A DNA stretch of 64,000 nucleotides, taken from NCBI RefSeq assembly GCF_003334785.1, contig NZ_QOWV01000012.1; one strand, written 5' to 3'. Shown one piece after another: positions 23,444 to 35,732 of the stretch (position 1 is the first letter of the stretch; every line of letters begins with the position of its first letter). The position numbers and the translations under genes were made by a program. The notes under the pieces were generated by a model, which was not told the origin of the DNA, searched no databases, and was given only the letters and a program-made list of their open reading frames with translations. This DNA comes from Escherichia coli (GTDB taxonomy: Bacteria > Pseudomonadota > Gammaproteobacteria > Enterobacterales > Enterobacteriaceae).

Positions 23444-24965
23444 GGCTTATCACGCGCGGCTGGCGTTCCAGAATACGAGTGTTGCGTGCGGCTTCTTCGC
23501 CCAGCCAGGTGGTGTTGGTGCGTGAACCTTCGGCGCGATATTTTTCTAAATCCGACAAACGCACCATATAACCGGTAACGCGAACCAGATCGTTACCGCT
23601 GACATTGGCGGTAAATTCACGCATTCCGGCTTTAAAGGCACCGAGGCAAAGCTGTACCAGCGCCTGCGGATTACGTTTGATGGTTTCGTCGAGCGTCAGA
23701 ATGTCGCTGATGCCGGAATAATAATAAGCATGATGCGGGGCGACAGTTTGCAGATGGGTGATCGGATCTGGCTCATCGCCATAGGGTAAACGCGCGCCCG
23801 GCGTGGTGCCGATATCGGAACTGATCCCCGACTGTGCGTGTAACATGGCGCGTTTTTGCCAGCCATATTTCACGGGGGTATTGGCGACAAACTCCGCCAG
23901 TTGCGCGCTGATGCGATAACCCACTTCATTTGCGGCGGCTTCTTTACCGTAGCGCGCGGCAATCCCTTCTTTCTCACACAGCAAGTTAACCGCTTCCGCC
24001 AGCCCATACATGCCAAACATTGGCACAAAACGTTCAGGGTTAATCAGCCCTTCTTTCACCAGGAAGCTATTCTCAAAGAAGTGTGATTGTTGATAGAGGA
24101 ATTCACACCGCGCATCGATGATGGCGATCTGCTGCTGGCAGTAGTGCGGTAGAGTGCGCGTAAAGAAGTCATCCAGCGATTCGCTGCGCTCGGCAATGGC
24201 TTTCAGGTTAAGGCGTACCAGCGTGCTGCCACCACCCGCCAGCGGCAGTGAGTTGTAACAGCTCACAATCCCGTAGCCCCCTTTTGTGAAAATTTTATCA
24301 TGCACCGGACCGTTGGCGATGTGCGGTTTGCTACATTCACAGATGTTCTTCGCCACTTCCAGCAGTAGGTCATCAGGGGTGATTTCAGGATCGTAGATAA
24401 AGGTCAGGTTCGGTGAAACCTGCTTCAACTCTGCGTCTGCACGTAAGATTGCACGGGTAATGGGCGAATCAGACGGGCCGATATTGGCGTGCATAAAGGC
24501 GTCTGGCAGGGTTCTGTCGAGGTAACGCCAGAAACGTTTTATTCGAATATCGATCTCGTCTTGTGTTAGAATTCTAACATACGGTTGCAACAACGCATCC
24601 AGTTGCCCCAGGTAGACCGGCATCGATGTGACCGACGGTACGTGGTGGTAAAGAATGGTCAGCAGAGAGAGTGCGTCATCAAGATCTTTCGCGCCTTCCA
24701 GCTCCAGCCATTCGGAACCGTTCGCCAGAAAACGGGCGTAATCGGGTAAGACATAGCGCGGTTTGTACGGCGCATGACCTTCAAACATATCGCAGATTAC
24801 ACCCTCATCCAGCGCACGGCGGGCTTCGGCAGGCAGCTGCGGATAAGGCAGATTGTTTTCTGCTTCAAGTGCCAGAAAATGGCGCTTCTGCTCCGGGCTA
24901 AGCACTGGGCTGGTGACAATTTGCTGGCAACGTTGTTGCAGTGCATTTTCATCAGAAGTGGGCAT
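23415..24965 (-). CDS. yjjI: Glycyl-radical-enzyme-like protein of unknown function (YjjI family)
   Basis: 516 aa; C-terminal RVTGY glycine-radical-like motif; 29-bp overlap with downstream yjjW. Confidence 0.85.
   Translation of the reverse strand: MPTSDENALQQRCQQIVTSPVLSPEQKRHFLALEAENNLPYPQLPAEARRALDEGVICDMFEGHAPYKPRYVLPDYARFLANGSEWLELEGAKDLDDALSLLTILYHHVPSVTSMPVYLGQLDALLQPYVRILTQDEIDIRIKRFWRYLDRTLPDAFMHANIGPSDSPITRAILRADAELKQVSPNLTFIYDPEITPDDLLLEVAKNICECSKPHIANGPVHDKIFTKGGYGIVSCYNSLPLAGGGSTLVRLNLKAIAERSESLDDFFTRTLPHYCQQQIAIIDARCEFLYQQSHFFENSFLVKEGLINPERFVPMFGMYGLAEAVNLLCEKEGIAARYGKEAAANEVGYRISAQLAEFVANTPVKYGWQKRAMLHAQSGISSDIGTTPGARLPYGDEPDPITHLQTVAPHHAYYYSGISDILTLDETIKRNPQALVQLCLGAFKAGMREFTANVSGNDLVRVTGYMVRLSDLEKYRAEGSRTNTTWLGEEAARNTRILERQPRVISHEQQMRFSQ
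24285..24300. promoter_or_regulatory. Candidate DeoR operator OE (degenerate)
   Basis: tgtgaaaattttatca, imperfect palindrome 279 bp upstream of O1, matching the known OE-O1 spacing. Confidence 0.4.
24564..24579. promoter_or_regulatory. DeoR operator O1 (deo P1), located inside the yjjI coding region
   Basis: Perfect 16-bp palindrome tgttagaattctaaca, 599 bp upstream of O2. Confidence 0.75.
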
Positions 24966-25162
24966 CTTCTTTTCCTTTTATGCCGAAGGTGATGCGCCAT
25001 TGTAAGAAGTTTCGTGATGTTCACTTTGATCCTGATGCGTTTGCCACCACTGACGCATTCATTTGAAAGTGAATTATTTGAACCAGATCGCATTACAGTG
25101 ATGCAAACTTGTAAGTAGATTTCCTTAATTGTGATGTATATCGAAGTGTGTTGCGGAGTAGA

Positions 25163-25178
25163 TGTTAGAATACTAACA
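25163..25178. promoter_or_regulatory. DeoR operator O2 (deo P2)
   Basis: tgttagaatactaaca 45 bp upstream of deoC start. Confidence 0.75.
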
Positions 25179-25222
25179 AACTCGCAAGGTGAATTTTATT
25201 GGCGACAAGCCAGGAGAATGAA

Positions 25223-26002
25223 ATGACTGATCTGAAAGCAAGCAGCCTGCGTGCACTGAAATTGATGGACCTGACCACCCTGAATGACGACGACACCGAC
25301 GAGAAAGTAATTGCTCTGTGTCATCAGGCCAAAACTCCGGTCGGCAATACCGCCGCTATCTGTATCTATCCTCGCTTTATCCCGATTGCTCGCAAAACGC
25401 TGAAAGAGCAGGGCACCCCGGAAATCCGAATCGCTACGGTAACCAACTTCCCACACGGTAACGATGACATCGAAATCGCGCTGGCAGAAACCCGTGCGGC
25501 AATCGCCTACGGTGCAGATGAAGTTGACGTTGTGTTCCCGTACCGCGCGCTGATGGCGGGTAACGAGCAGGTTGGTTTTGACCTGGTGAAAGCCTGTAAA
25601 GAGGCTTGCGCGGCAGCGAATGTACTGCTGAAAGTGATCATCGAAACCGGCGAACTGAAAGACGAAGCGCTGATCCGTAAAGCGTCTGAAATCTCCATCA
25701 AAGCGGGTGCGGACTTCATCAAAACCTCTACCGGTAAAGTGGCTGTGAACGCGACGCCGGAAAGCGCGCGCATCATGATGGAAGTGATCCGTGATATGGG
25801 CGTAGAAAAAACCGTTGGTTTCAAACCGGCGGGCGGCGTGCGTACTGCGGAAGATGCGCAGAAATATCTCGCCATCGCAGATGAACTGTTCGGTGCTGAC
25901 TGGGCTGATGCGCGTCACTACCGCTTTGGTGCTTCCAGCCTGCTGGCAAGCCTGCTGAAAGCGCTGGGCCACGGCGACGGTAAGAGCGCCAGCAGCTACT
26001 AA
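25223..26002 (+). CDS. deoC: Deoxyribose-phosphate aldolase
   Basis: 259 aa starting [20 protein letters not shown]. Confidence 0.95.
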
Positions 26003-26009
26003 GTAAGAT

Positions 26010-26100
26010 GCTTTACGCCTGATGCGCTGCGCTTATCAGGCCTACGAGACGTATCTACCCGTAGGCCGGATAAGGCGTAGACGCATCCGGCAAAAGCCGC
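26010..26100. repeat. REP element between deoC and deoA
   Basis: gcctgatgcgctgcgcttatcaggcctac ... gtaggccggataaggcgtagacgcatccggc. Confidence 0.6.
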
Positions 26101-26128
26101 CTCATACTCTTTTCCTCGGGAGGTTACC

Positions 26129-27451
26129 TTGTTTCTCGCACAAGAAATTATTCGTAAAAAACGTGATGGTCATGCGCTAAGCGATGAAGAAATTCGTTTC
26201 TTTATCAACGGTATTCGCGACAACACTATCTCCGAAGGGCAGATTGCCGCCCTCGCGATGACCATTTTCTTCCACGATATGACAATGCCTGAGCGTGTCT
26301 CGCTGACCATGGCGATGCGAGATTCAGGAACCGTTCTCGACTGGAAAAGCCTGCATCTGAATGGCCCGATTGTTGATAAACATTCCACTGGTGGCGTCGG
26401 CGATGTGACTTCGCTGATGTTGGGGCCGATGGTCGCAGCCTGTGGCGGCTATATTCCGATGATCTCTGGTCGCGGCCTCGGTCATACTGGCGGTACGCTC
26501 GACAAACTGGAATCCATCCCTGGCTTCGACATTTTCCCGGATGACAACCGTTTCCGCGAAATTATTAAAGACGTCGGCGTGGCGATTATCGGTCAGACCA
26601 GCTCACTGGCTCCGGCGGATAAACGTTTCTACGCGACCCGTGATATTACCGCAACCGTGGACTCCATCCCGCTGATCACCGCCTCTATTCTGGCGAAGAA
26701 ACTGGCGGAAGGTCTGGACGCGCTGGTGATGGACGTGAAAGTGGGTAGCGGCGCGTTTATGCCGACCTACGAACTCTCTGAAGCCCTTGCCGAAGCGATT
26801 GTTGGCGTGGCTAACGGCGCTGGCGTGCGCACCACCGCGCTGCTCACCGACATGAATCAGGTACTGGCCTCCAGTGCAGGTAACGCGGTTGAAGTTCGTG
26901 AAGCGGTGCAGTTCCTGACGGGTGAGTATCGTAACCCGCGTCTGTTTGATGTCACGATGGCGCTGTGCGTGGAGATGCTTATCTCCGGCAAACTGGCGAA
27001 AGATGACGCCGAAGCGCGCGCGAAATTGCAAGCAGTGCTGGACAACGGTAAAGCGGCAGAAGTCTTTGGTCGTATGGTAGCGGCACAAAAAGGCCCAACC
27101 GACTTCGTTGAGAACTACGCGAAGTATCTGCCGACAGCGATGCTGACGAAAGCAGTCTATGCTGATACCGAAGGTTTTGTCAGTGAAATGGATACCCGCG
27201 CGCTGGGGATGGCAGTGGTTGCAATGGGCGGCGGTCGTCGTCAGGCATCTGACACCATTGATTACAGCGTCGGCTTTACTGATATGGCGCGTTTGGGCGA
27301 CCAGGTAGACGGTCAGCGTCCGCTGGCGGTTATCCACGCGAAAGACGAAAACAGCTGGCAGGAAGCGGCGAAAGCGGTGAAAGCGGCAATTAAACTTGCC
27401 GATAAAGCACCGGAAAGCACACCAACTGTCTATCGCCGTATCAGCGAATAA
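26129..27451 (+). CDS. deoA: Thymidine phosphorylase
   Basis: 440 aa, TTG start, sequence matches DeoA. Confidence 0.95.
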
Positions 27452-27481
27452 CGGTATACTGATCTGATCATTTAAATTTGA

Positions 27482-28726
<1,245 letters not shown>

Positions 28727-28805
28727 TAATGGGTGCGGCTTGATGCCCTCACCCCGGCCCTCTCCCACAGGGAGAGGGTGAAAACATGTTGATAAGGATA
28801 AAACA

Positions 28806-29525
28806 ATGGCTACCCCACACATTAATGCAGAAATGGGCGATTTCGCTGACGTAGTTTTGATGCCAGGCGACCCGCTGCGTGCGAAGTATATTGCTGAAAC
28901 TTTCCTTGAAGATGCCCGTGAAGTGAACAACGTTCGCGGTATGCTGGGCTTCACCGGTACTTACAAAGGCCGCAAAATTTCCGTAATGGGTCACGGTATG
29001 GGTATCCCGTCCTGCTCCATCTACACCAAAGAACTGATCACCGATTTCGGCGTGAAGAAAATTATCCGCGTGGGTTCCTGTGGCGCAGTTCTGCCGCACG
29101 TAAAACTGCGCGACGTCGTTATCGGTATGGGTGCCTGCACCGATTCCAAAGTTAACCGTATCCGTTTTAAAGACCATGACTTTGCCGCTATCGCTGACTT
29201 TGACATGGTGCGTAACGCGGTAGACGCGGCTAAAGCACTGGGTGTTGATGCTCGCGTTGGTAACCTGTTCTCCGCTGACCTGTTCTACTCTCCGGACGGC
29301 GAAATGTTCGACGTGATGGAAAAATACGGCATCCTCGGCGTGGAAATGGAAGCGGCTGGTATCTACGGCGTCGCTGCAGAATTTGGCGCGAAAGCCCTGA
29401 CCATCTGCACCGTGTCTGACCACATCCGCACTCACGAGCAGACCACTGCCGCTGAGCGTCAGACCACCTTCAACGACATGATCAAAATCGCACTGGAATC
29501 CGTTCTGCTGGGCGATAAAGAGTAA
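28806..29525 (+). CDS. deoD: Purine nucleoside phosphorylase
   Basis: 239 aa starting [30 protein letters not shown]. Confidence 0.95.
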   Translation: MATPHINAEMGDFADVVLMPGDPLRAKYIAETFLEDAREVNNVRGMLGFTGTYKGRKISVMGHGMGIPSCSIYTKELITDFGVKKIIRVGSCGAVLPHVKLRDVVIGMGACTDSKVNRIRFKDHDFAAIADFDMVRNAVDAAKALGVDARVGNLFSADLFYSPDGEMFDVMEKYGILGVEMEAAGIYGVAAEFGAKALTICTVSDHIRTHEQTTAAERQTTFNDMIKIALESVLLGDKE

Positions 29526-29559
29526 TTGTGTTTCGCTGAAAGGCGATTGTCGTGTTAAG

Positions 29560-29587
29560 CCGGAGTGGGAGACTGCTCCGGCTTTTA
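29560..29587 (+). terminator. Rho-independent terminator of the deo operon
   Basis: gccggagtgggagactgctccggc hairpin followed by tttt. Confidence 0.6.
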
Positions 29588-29684
29588 GTATCTATTCATC
29601 AATAGCAACTGATTTATAGATTTACTATTATTTTTCATATAGATAAAAAATAAAATACATTCAAGTATCTATTCACGAATCTAT

Positions 29685-29948
29685 TCATTTATGTTCAGCC
29701 GTCATCCAGGAAGGGCATATCAGCAACTCTGGTGGACAACCATAAATTTCTGCCATTTTGCTTTTGATGTTTGAGCTAAGCCGTTCCGTCTTTTCGATCT
29801 GTTTTAGAGAATTAATCGAGATACCTAACATTTTACTTACTTCAGCAAGCGATAATTTATGCCTGATACGCACGGCGGCTAGCCAGGAAATACGCTGGCT
29901 GAACATTAAATTGATAATCTCCCGTTCCTGGTTTTCCAGATCGATCAT
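29685..29948 (-). CDS. Small XRE/Cro-type helix-turn-helix DNA-binding protein (87 aa), not part of the K-12 map as I recall it
   Basis: ATG with GGAAGGA Shine-Dalgarno 6 bp upstream; HTH segment LSLAEVSKMLGISINSLKQIEK; sits in an AT-rich segment where K-12 carries yjjJ. Confidence 0.5.
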   Translation of the reverse strand: MIDLENQEREIINLMFSQRISWLAAVRIRHKLSLAEVSKMLGISINSLKQIEKTERLSSNIKSKMAEIYGCPPELLICPSWMTAEHK

Positions 29949-29979
29949 ATTTCCTTCCCTGGATATTTTAATCAGCGAG

Positions 29980-30996
29980 TTACCTTACCGCCCCCGCTAT
30001 CCACGTCGACAACTTCCGTAGCTCTTTTTCCTGGTCCGGGAAGTCAACCAACAGCGCTTCGCACTCTTGTTGCAGCATATCCGCGCGGTACAGGCAGCCT
30101 TGCAGTCGCCCGGCGAGGGCTTCCAGCGGCGCGGGGTTGAGGCTGTCGGTAAACACCTGGGCGCGGGTGATATGGCCTTTTTCAACGTCGAAATGCAGTT
30201 CCACGCCGCCCCAGCTAAAGCGTTCATCCAGCAGATGCGAGAATGCCGGAGCCTGACCGAAGTTCCATTCCCAGCTACTCTGACGGGCAAAGGTTTCGGC
30301 GAAGTTTGGCAAGTCTGGCGTTTTGTCCGGGGAGATGATTTCCGCTTCTACACGCTCGCCATAATGGGCGAAAAAGGCCTTGGTTATGGCCTCGCAAACC
30401 TGCTCATGGGTGATCCCCGGCAGCAGCTCGGTGAGGTTGGTCACGCGGGAACGCACTGAGGTAATGCCTTTCGCCGCCAGTTTCTTTTTATCCGGATTGA
30501 GATAGTTTGCCAGGCGGCTAAGGTCGGCATTGAGCAGCAAGGTGCCGTGGTGGAAGCCACGATCTTTGGTTTCGCGATAGGCCGATCCTGAGACTTTGCG
30601 GTCGCCTTCGGCGGTTTTCACCACCAGATCGTTACGCCCGGACGCTTCGGCGCTGACGCCAAGCGCGTTCAGCGCATTGAGCACAATCGACGTGGAGATG
30701 GTTTTATCGTACTCCGGCTTGCCAGCCATAAAGGTAAAGCAGGTATTGCCGAGATCGTGGAACACCGCGCCGCCACCGCTACTGCGCCGTGCCAGGCGGA
30801 CGTTATCTTCTTCCATCCGCCGGGTATTACACTCTTTCCACGGGTTCTGCGCGCGACCAATCACTACCGTGTCGGCATTGCGCCAGAGAAACAGAACGCG
30901 CTGCGTGGCGGGCATCTGGCGAAAAATACACTCCTCCACCGCCAGGTTAAACCACGGGTCGTAAGAGTCAGAGATGAGCAGGCGTAATGTGGACAT
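29980..30996 (-). CDS. lplA: Lipoate-protein ligase A
   Basis: 338 aa starting [22 protein letters not shown]. Confidence 0.95.
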
Positions 30997-31023
30997 AACG
31001 ATTTCCTTTCTTGTAGTAATGGG

Positions 31024-31668
31024 TCACTCTTTTTTCTCGCTTTCTTCCTCTTCCGGCACCGGTTTGCTGGCGGTTAACAGGAAGGGCGATTGCTGCCAGC
31101 GGGTACGTTTACCCTGTAGCAGCGTGCGGGTCAGCACTACGCCGATTGCCAGTGAAAGCAGCAACATCAGGCGTAAAATGTTAGTGGTGTTATCCACCTG
31201 TTGGGCTTCGGTGGCGAGCGTATGGGTGTCGAGCGTCAGGCGCAGATAGCCGAGCGGTCCGTTTTTCCCGGCAATTGGTTCGACAATCTGCTGGTTAAAA
31301 TAGCCGCCCGCTTTTTTACCGTCGAGCGCCAGCCGGTCGCGCACTTCGACGCTTTCGCCAGAACGGGCGATAAGATCGCCTTGTTCGTCATACACGCCCG
31401 CGTCGAGGATACGGCTTTCATCCGTTAACTGATCGAGGATCGCCTGAATGCGTTTTTCATCCGGCGAGTCGGTACGCATCAGCGGTGCAACGTTCAGCGT
31501 TACCTGACGCGCCAGGGTGCGGGCCAGTTCTTCCAGCTGTGGATTACGTTGTCGCTGGTGGTTTTGACTAAACCATGACGCTCCCTGCATCAGCGCCACT
31601 AACAAGGCAAGACAGAACAGGACAATCACTGCCCGATGCAGCCGGAATTTCAGTTTTGTGCGAGCCAT
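31024..31668 (-). CDS. ytjB: Inner membrane protein YtjB (Smp)
   Basis: 214 aa, N-terminal TM anchor, divergent from serB. Confidence 0.85.
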   Translation of the reverse strand: MARTKLKFRLHRAVIVLFCLALLVALMQGASWFSQNHQRQRNPQLEELARTLARQVTLNVAPLMRTDSPDEKRIQAILDQLTDESRILDAGVYDEQGDLIARSGESVEVRDRLALDGKKAGGYFNQQIVEPIAGKNGPLGYLRLTLDTHTLATEAQQVDNTTNILRLMLLLSLAIGVVLTRTLLQGKRTRWQQSPFLLTASKPVPEEEESEKKE

Positions 31669-31773
31669 CTTCCACCCTTTGAAAATTTGAGACTTAATGT
31701 TGCCAGAAGCAATGGATACAAGGTAGCCTCATGCGTTATTTTCCCTGCTTCGAACGATTTTACAGGAGCCTTA

Positions 31774-32742
31774 ATGCCTAACATTACCTGGTGCGACCTG
31801 CCTGAAGATGTCTCTTTATGGCCGGGTCTGCCTCTTTCATTAAGTGGTGATGAAGTGATGCCACTGGATTACCACGCAGGTCGTAGCGGCTGGCTGCTGT
31901 ATGGTCGTGGGCTGGATAAACAGCGTCTGACCCAATACCAGAGCAAACTGGGTGCGGCGATGGTGATTGTTACCGCCTGGTGCGTGGAAGATTATCAGGT
32001 GATTCGTCTGGCAGGTTCACTCACCGCACGGGCTACGCGCCTGGCCCATGAAGCGCAACTGGATGTCGCCCCGCTGGGGAAAATCCCGCACCTGCGCACG
32101 CCGGGTTTGCTGGTGATGGACATGGATTCCACCGCCATCCAGATTGAATGTATTGATGAAATTGCCAAACTGGCCGGAACGGGCGAGATGGTGGCGGAAG
32201 TAACCGAACGGGCGATGCGCGGCGAACTCGATTTTACCGCCAGCCTGCGCAGCCGCGTGGCGACGCTGAAAGGCGCTGACGCCAATATTCTGCAACAGGT
32301 GCGTGAAAATCTGCCGCTGATGCCAGGCTTAACGCAACTGGTGCTCAAGCTGGAAACGCTGGGCTGGAAAGTGGCGATTGCCTCCGGCGGCTTTACTTTC
32401 TTTGCTGAATATCTGCGCGACAAGTTGCGCCTGACCGCCGTGGTAGCCAATGAACTGGAGATCATGGACGGTAAATTTACCGGCAATGTGATCGGCGACA
32501 TCGTAGACGCGCAGTACAAAGCGAAAACTCTGACTCGCCTCGCGCAGGAGTATGAAATCCCGCTGGCGCAGACCGTGGCGATTGGCGATGGAGCCAATGA
32601 CCTGCCGATGATCAAAGCGGCAGGGCTGGGGATTGCCTACCATGCCAAGCCAAAAGTGAATGAAAAGGCGGAAGTCACCATCCGTCACGCTGACCTGATG
32701 GGGGTATTCTGCATCCTCTCAGGCAGCCTGAATCAGAAGTAA
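31774..32742 (+). CDS. serB: Phosphoserine phosphatase
   Basis: 322 aa starting MPNITWCDLPEDV; HAD motif DMDST. Confidence 0.95.
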   Translation: MPNITWCDLPEDVSLWPGLPLSLSGDEVMPLDYHAGRSGWLLYGRGLDKQRLTQYQSKLGAAMVIVTAWCVEDYQVIRLAGSLTARATRLAHEAQLDVAPLGKIPHLRTPGLLVMDMDSTAIQIECIDEIAKLAGTGEMVAEVTERAMRGELDFTASLRSRVATLKGADANILQQVRENLPLMPGLTQLVLKLETLGWKVAIASGGFTFFAEYLRDKLRLTAVVANELEIMDGKFTGNVIGDIVDAQYKAKTLTRLAQEYEIPLAQTVAIGDGANDLPMIKAAGLGIAYHAKPKVNEKAEVTIRHADLMGVFCILSGSLNQK

Positions 32743-32790
32743 TTGCTCGCCCGCCATCCTGCGGGCGGCACAGCATTAACGAGGTACACC

Positions 32791-34173
32791 GTGGCAAAAG
32801 CTCCAAAACGCGCCTTTGTTTGTAATGAATGCGGGGCCGATTATCCGCGCTGGCAGGGGCAGTGCAGTGCCTGTCATGCCTGGAACACCATCACCGAGGT
32901 GCGTCTTGCTGCGTCGCCAACGGTGGCGCGTAACGAGCGTCTCAGCGGCTATGCCGGTAGCGCCGGGGTGGCAAAAGTCCAGAAACTCTCCGATATCAGC
33001 CTTGAAGAGCTGCCGCGTTTTTCCACCGGATTTAAAGAGTTCGACCGCGTACTAGGCGGCGGCGTGGTGCCAGGAAGTGCCATTCTGATTGGCGGTAACC
33101 CTGGTGCGGGGAAATCCACGCTGTTGCTGCAAACGCTGTGCAAACTGGCCCAGCAGATGAAAACGCTGTATGTCACCGGCGAAGAGTCGCTGCAACAGGT
33201 GGCAATGCGCGCTCATCGCCTTGGCCTGCCGACTGACAATCTCAATATGTTGTCGGAAACCAGCATCGAGCAGATCTGCCTGATTGCCGAAGAAGAGCAA
33301 CCGAAGCTGATGGTAATTGACTCGATCCAGGTGATGCATATGGCGGATGTACAGTCATCGCCTGGCAGCGTGGCGCAGGTGCGTGAAACGGCGGCTTATC
33401 TGACGCGCTTCGCCAAAACGCGCGGTGTGGCGATTGTCATGGTTGGGCACGTAACCAAAGATGGCTCGCTGGCTGGCCCTAAAGTGCTGGAACACTGTAT
33501 CGACTGTTCGGTGCTTCTGGATGGTGATGCCGACTCCCGTTTTCGCACCTTGCGCAGCCATAAAAACCGCTTCGGCGCGGTGAATGAGCTGGGCGTCTTC
33601 GCGATGACCGAACAGGGGCTGCGTGAAGTCAGCAACCCTTCGGCAATTTTCTTAAGTCGCGGAGATGAAGTGACCTCCGGCAGCTCCGTGATGGTGGTGT
33701 GGGAAGGAACGCGTCCGTTGCTGGTGGAGATTCAGGCGCTGGTCGATCACTCGATGATGGCGAATCCGCGCCGCGTGGCAGTGGGGCTGGAACAAAACCG
33801 TCTGGCAATCCTGCTGGCTGTCTTGCACCGTCACGGTGGTCTGCAAATGGCCGATCAGGATGTATTTGTGAACGTGGTCGGCGGCGTGAAGGTAACCGAA
33901 ACCAGTGCCGATTTAGCTTTACTGCTGGCGATGGTTTCCAGCCTGCGTGACAGACCGCTGCCACAGGATCTGGTGGTGTTTGGTGAAGTCGGGCTGGCAG
34001 GGGAGATCCGCCCGGTGCCCAGCGGTCAGGAACGAATTTCAGAAGCGGCGAAACACGGTTTTCGCCGGGCGATTGTTCCGGCGGCTAACGTACCGAAAAA
34101 AGCGCCGGAAGGGATGCAGATTTTTGGCGTTAAAAAACTCTCCGACGCGCTTAGCGTGTTCGACGACTTATAA
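32791..34173 (+). CDS. radA: DNA repair protein RadA (Sms)
   Basis: GTG start; zinc finger CNECGADYPRWQGQCSAC, Walker A GNPGAGKST, Lon-like C-terminal domain. Confidence 0.95.
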   Translation: MAKAPKRAFVCNECGADYPRWQGQCSACHAWNTITEVRLAASPTVARNERLSGYAGSAGVAKVQKLSDISLEELPRFSTGFKEFDRVLGGGVVPGSAILIGGNPGAGKSTLLLQTLCKLAQQMKTLYVTGEESLQQVAMRAHRLGLPTDNLNMLSETSIEQICLIAEEEQPKLMVIDSIQVMHMADVQSSPGSVAQVRETAAYLTRFAKTRGVAIVMVGHVTKDGSLAGPKVLEHCIDCSVLLDGDADSRFRTLRSHKNRFGAVNELGVFAMTEQGLREVSNPSAIFLSRGDEVTSGSSVMVVWEGTRPLLVEIQALVDHSMMANPRRVAVGLEQNRLAILLAVLHRHGGLQMADQDVFVNVVGGVKVTETSADLALLLAMVSSLRDRPLPQDLVVFGEVGLAGEIRPVPSGQERISEAAKHGFRRAIVPAANVPKKAPEGMQIFGVKKLSDALSVFDDL

Positions 34174-34193
34174 TGAGAGATACGGAGGGAGAT

Positions 34194-35426
34194 ATGTCGT
34201 CATTTGATTACCTGAAAACTGCCATCAAGCAACAGGGCTGCACGCTACAGCAGGTAGCTGATGCCAGCGGTATGACCAAAGGGTATTTAAGCCAGTTACT
34301 GAATGCCAAAATTAAAAGCCCCAGCGCGCAAAAGCTGGAGGCGTTGCACCGTTTTTTGGGGCTTGAATTTCCCCGACAGAAGAAAACCATTGGTGTCGTA
34401 TTCGGTAAGTTCTACCCGCTGCATACCGGACATATCTACCTTATCCAGCGCGCCTGTAGCCAGGTTGACGAGCTGCATATCATTATGGGTTTTGACGATA
34501 CCCGCGACCGCGCGTTGTTTGAAGACAGCGCCATGTCGCAGCAGCCCACGGTGCCGGATCGTCTGCGCTGGTTATTACAAACTTTTAAATATCAGAAAAA
34601 TATTCGCATTCATGCTTTCAACGAAGAGGGCATGGAGCCGTATCCGCACGGCTGGGATGTGTGGAGCAACGGCATCAAAAAGTTTATGGCTGAAAAGGGG
34701 ATTCAGCCGGACCTGATCTACACCTCGGAAGAAGCCGATGCGCCACAGTATATGGAACATCTGGGGATCGATACGGTGCTGGTCGATCCGAAACGTACCT
34801 TTATGAGTATCAGCGGTGCGCAGATCCGCGAAAACCCGTTCCGCTACTGGGAATATATTCCTACGGAAGTGAAGCCGTTCTTTGTGCGTACCGTGGCGAT
34901 CCTTGGCGGCGAGTCGAGCGGTAAATCCACCCTGGTAAACAAACTTGCCAATATCTTCAATACCACCAGTGCGTGGGAATATGGTCGCGATTATGTCTTT
35001 TCACACCTCGGCGGTGATGAGATCGCATTGCAGTATTCCGACTACGATAAAATCGCGCTGGGCCACGCACAATACATTGATTTTGCAGTGAAATACGCCA
35101 ATAAAGTGGCGTTTATTGACACTGATTTTGTCACTACCCAGGCGTTCTGCAAAAAGTACGAAGGGCGTGAGCATCCGTTCGTGCAGGCGTTGATTGATGA
35201 ATACCGTTTCGATCTGGTGATCCTGCTGGAGAACAACACGCCGTGGGTGGCGGATGGTTTACGCAGCCTCGGCAGTTCGGTGGATCGCAAAGAGTTCCAG
35301 AACTTGCTGGTGGAGATGCTGGAAGAGAACAATATCGAATTCGTGCGGGTTGAAGAGGACGATTATGACAGCCGTTTCCTGCGCTGCGTGGAGCTGGTGC
35401 GGGAGATGATGGGGGAGCAGAGATAA
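34194..35426 (+). CDS. nadR: Trifunctional NAD biosynthesis/regulator protein NadR
   Basis: 410 aa starting MSSFDYLKTAIKQQG; N-terminal HTH, NMN adenylyltransferase motif GKFYPLHTGH, Walker A GGESSGKST. Confidence 0.95.
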   Translation: MSSFDYLKTAIKQQGCTLQQVADASGMTKGYLSQLLNAKIKSPSAQKLEALHRFLGLEFPRQKKTIGVVFGKFYPLHTGHIYLIQRACSQVDELHIIMGFDDTRDRALFEDSAMSQQPTVPDRLRWLLQTFKYQKNIRIHAFNEEGMEPYPHGWDVWSNGIKKFMAEKGIQPDLIYTSEEADAPQYMEHLGIDTVLVDPKRTFMSISGAQIRENPFRYWEYIPTEVKPFFVRTVAILGGESSGKSTLVNKLANIFNTTSAWEYGRDYVFSHLGGDEIALQYSDYDKIALGHAQYIDFAVKYANKVAFIDTDFVTTQAFCKKYEGREHPFVQALIDEYRFDLVILLENNTPWVADGLRSLGSSVDRKEFQNLLVEMLEENNIEFVRVEEDDYDSRFLRCVELVREMMGEQR

Positions 35427-35569
35427 CCGCGATGAAACGGCTCAAAGGCGAGGTATAAAATAAGTTTTTTGATGAGTTGAAAACCTTTCTGGAAGAGGCT
35501 GTCGAGATTAAACAAGGTTTGAAAAAACCTGCACGGGTGACCCGCTACGAAATTGCGGATACTAAGGCT

Positions 35570-35730
35570 GTTGTAGGCCGGAAAAGGCGTTCACGCCGTA
35601 TCCGGCATTCGGTGCTCAATGCCTGATGCGACGCTTACCGCGTCTTATCAGGCCTGGAGATTCACAACGTATTGAAATTTCTTGGTTTGTAGGCCGGATA
35701 AGGCGTTCACGCCGCATCCGGCATTTTACG
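35570..35730. repeat. REP/BIME element between nadR and ettA
   Basis: Repeated gtaggccggataaggcgttcacgccgcatccggca and gcctgatgcgacgcttaccgcgtcttatcaggcc motifs. Confidence 0.6.
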
Positions 35731-35732
35731 CA

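Noticed and set aside
28727-28805. Inverted repeat ccctctccc...gggagaggg between deoB and deoD as a possible regulatory or small-RNA element
   Set aside because: Most simply an intra-operon stem-loop or REP-like hairpin; too short and without promoter signals to support a separate gene.
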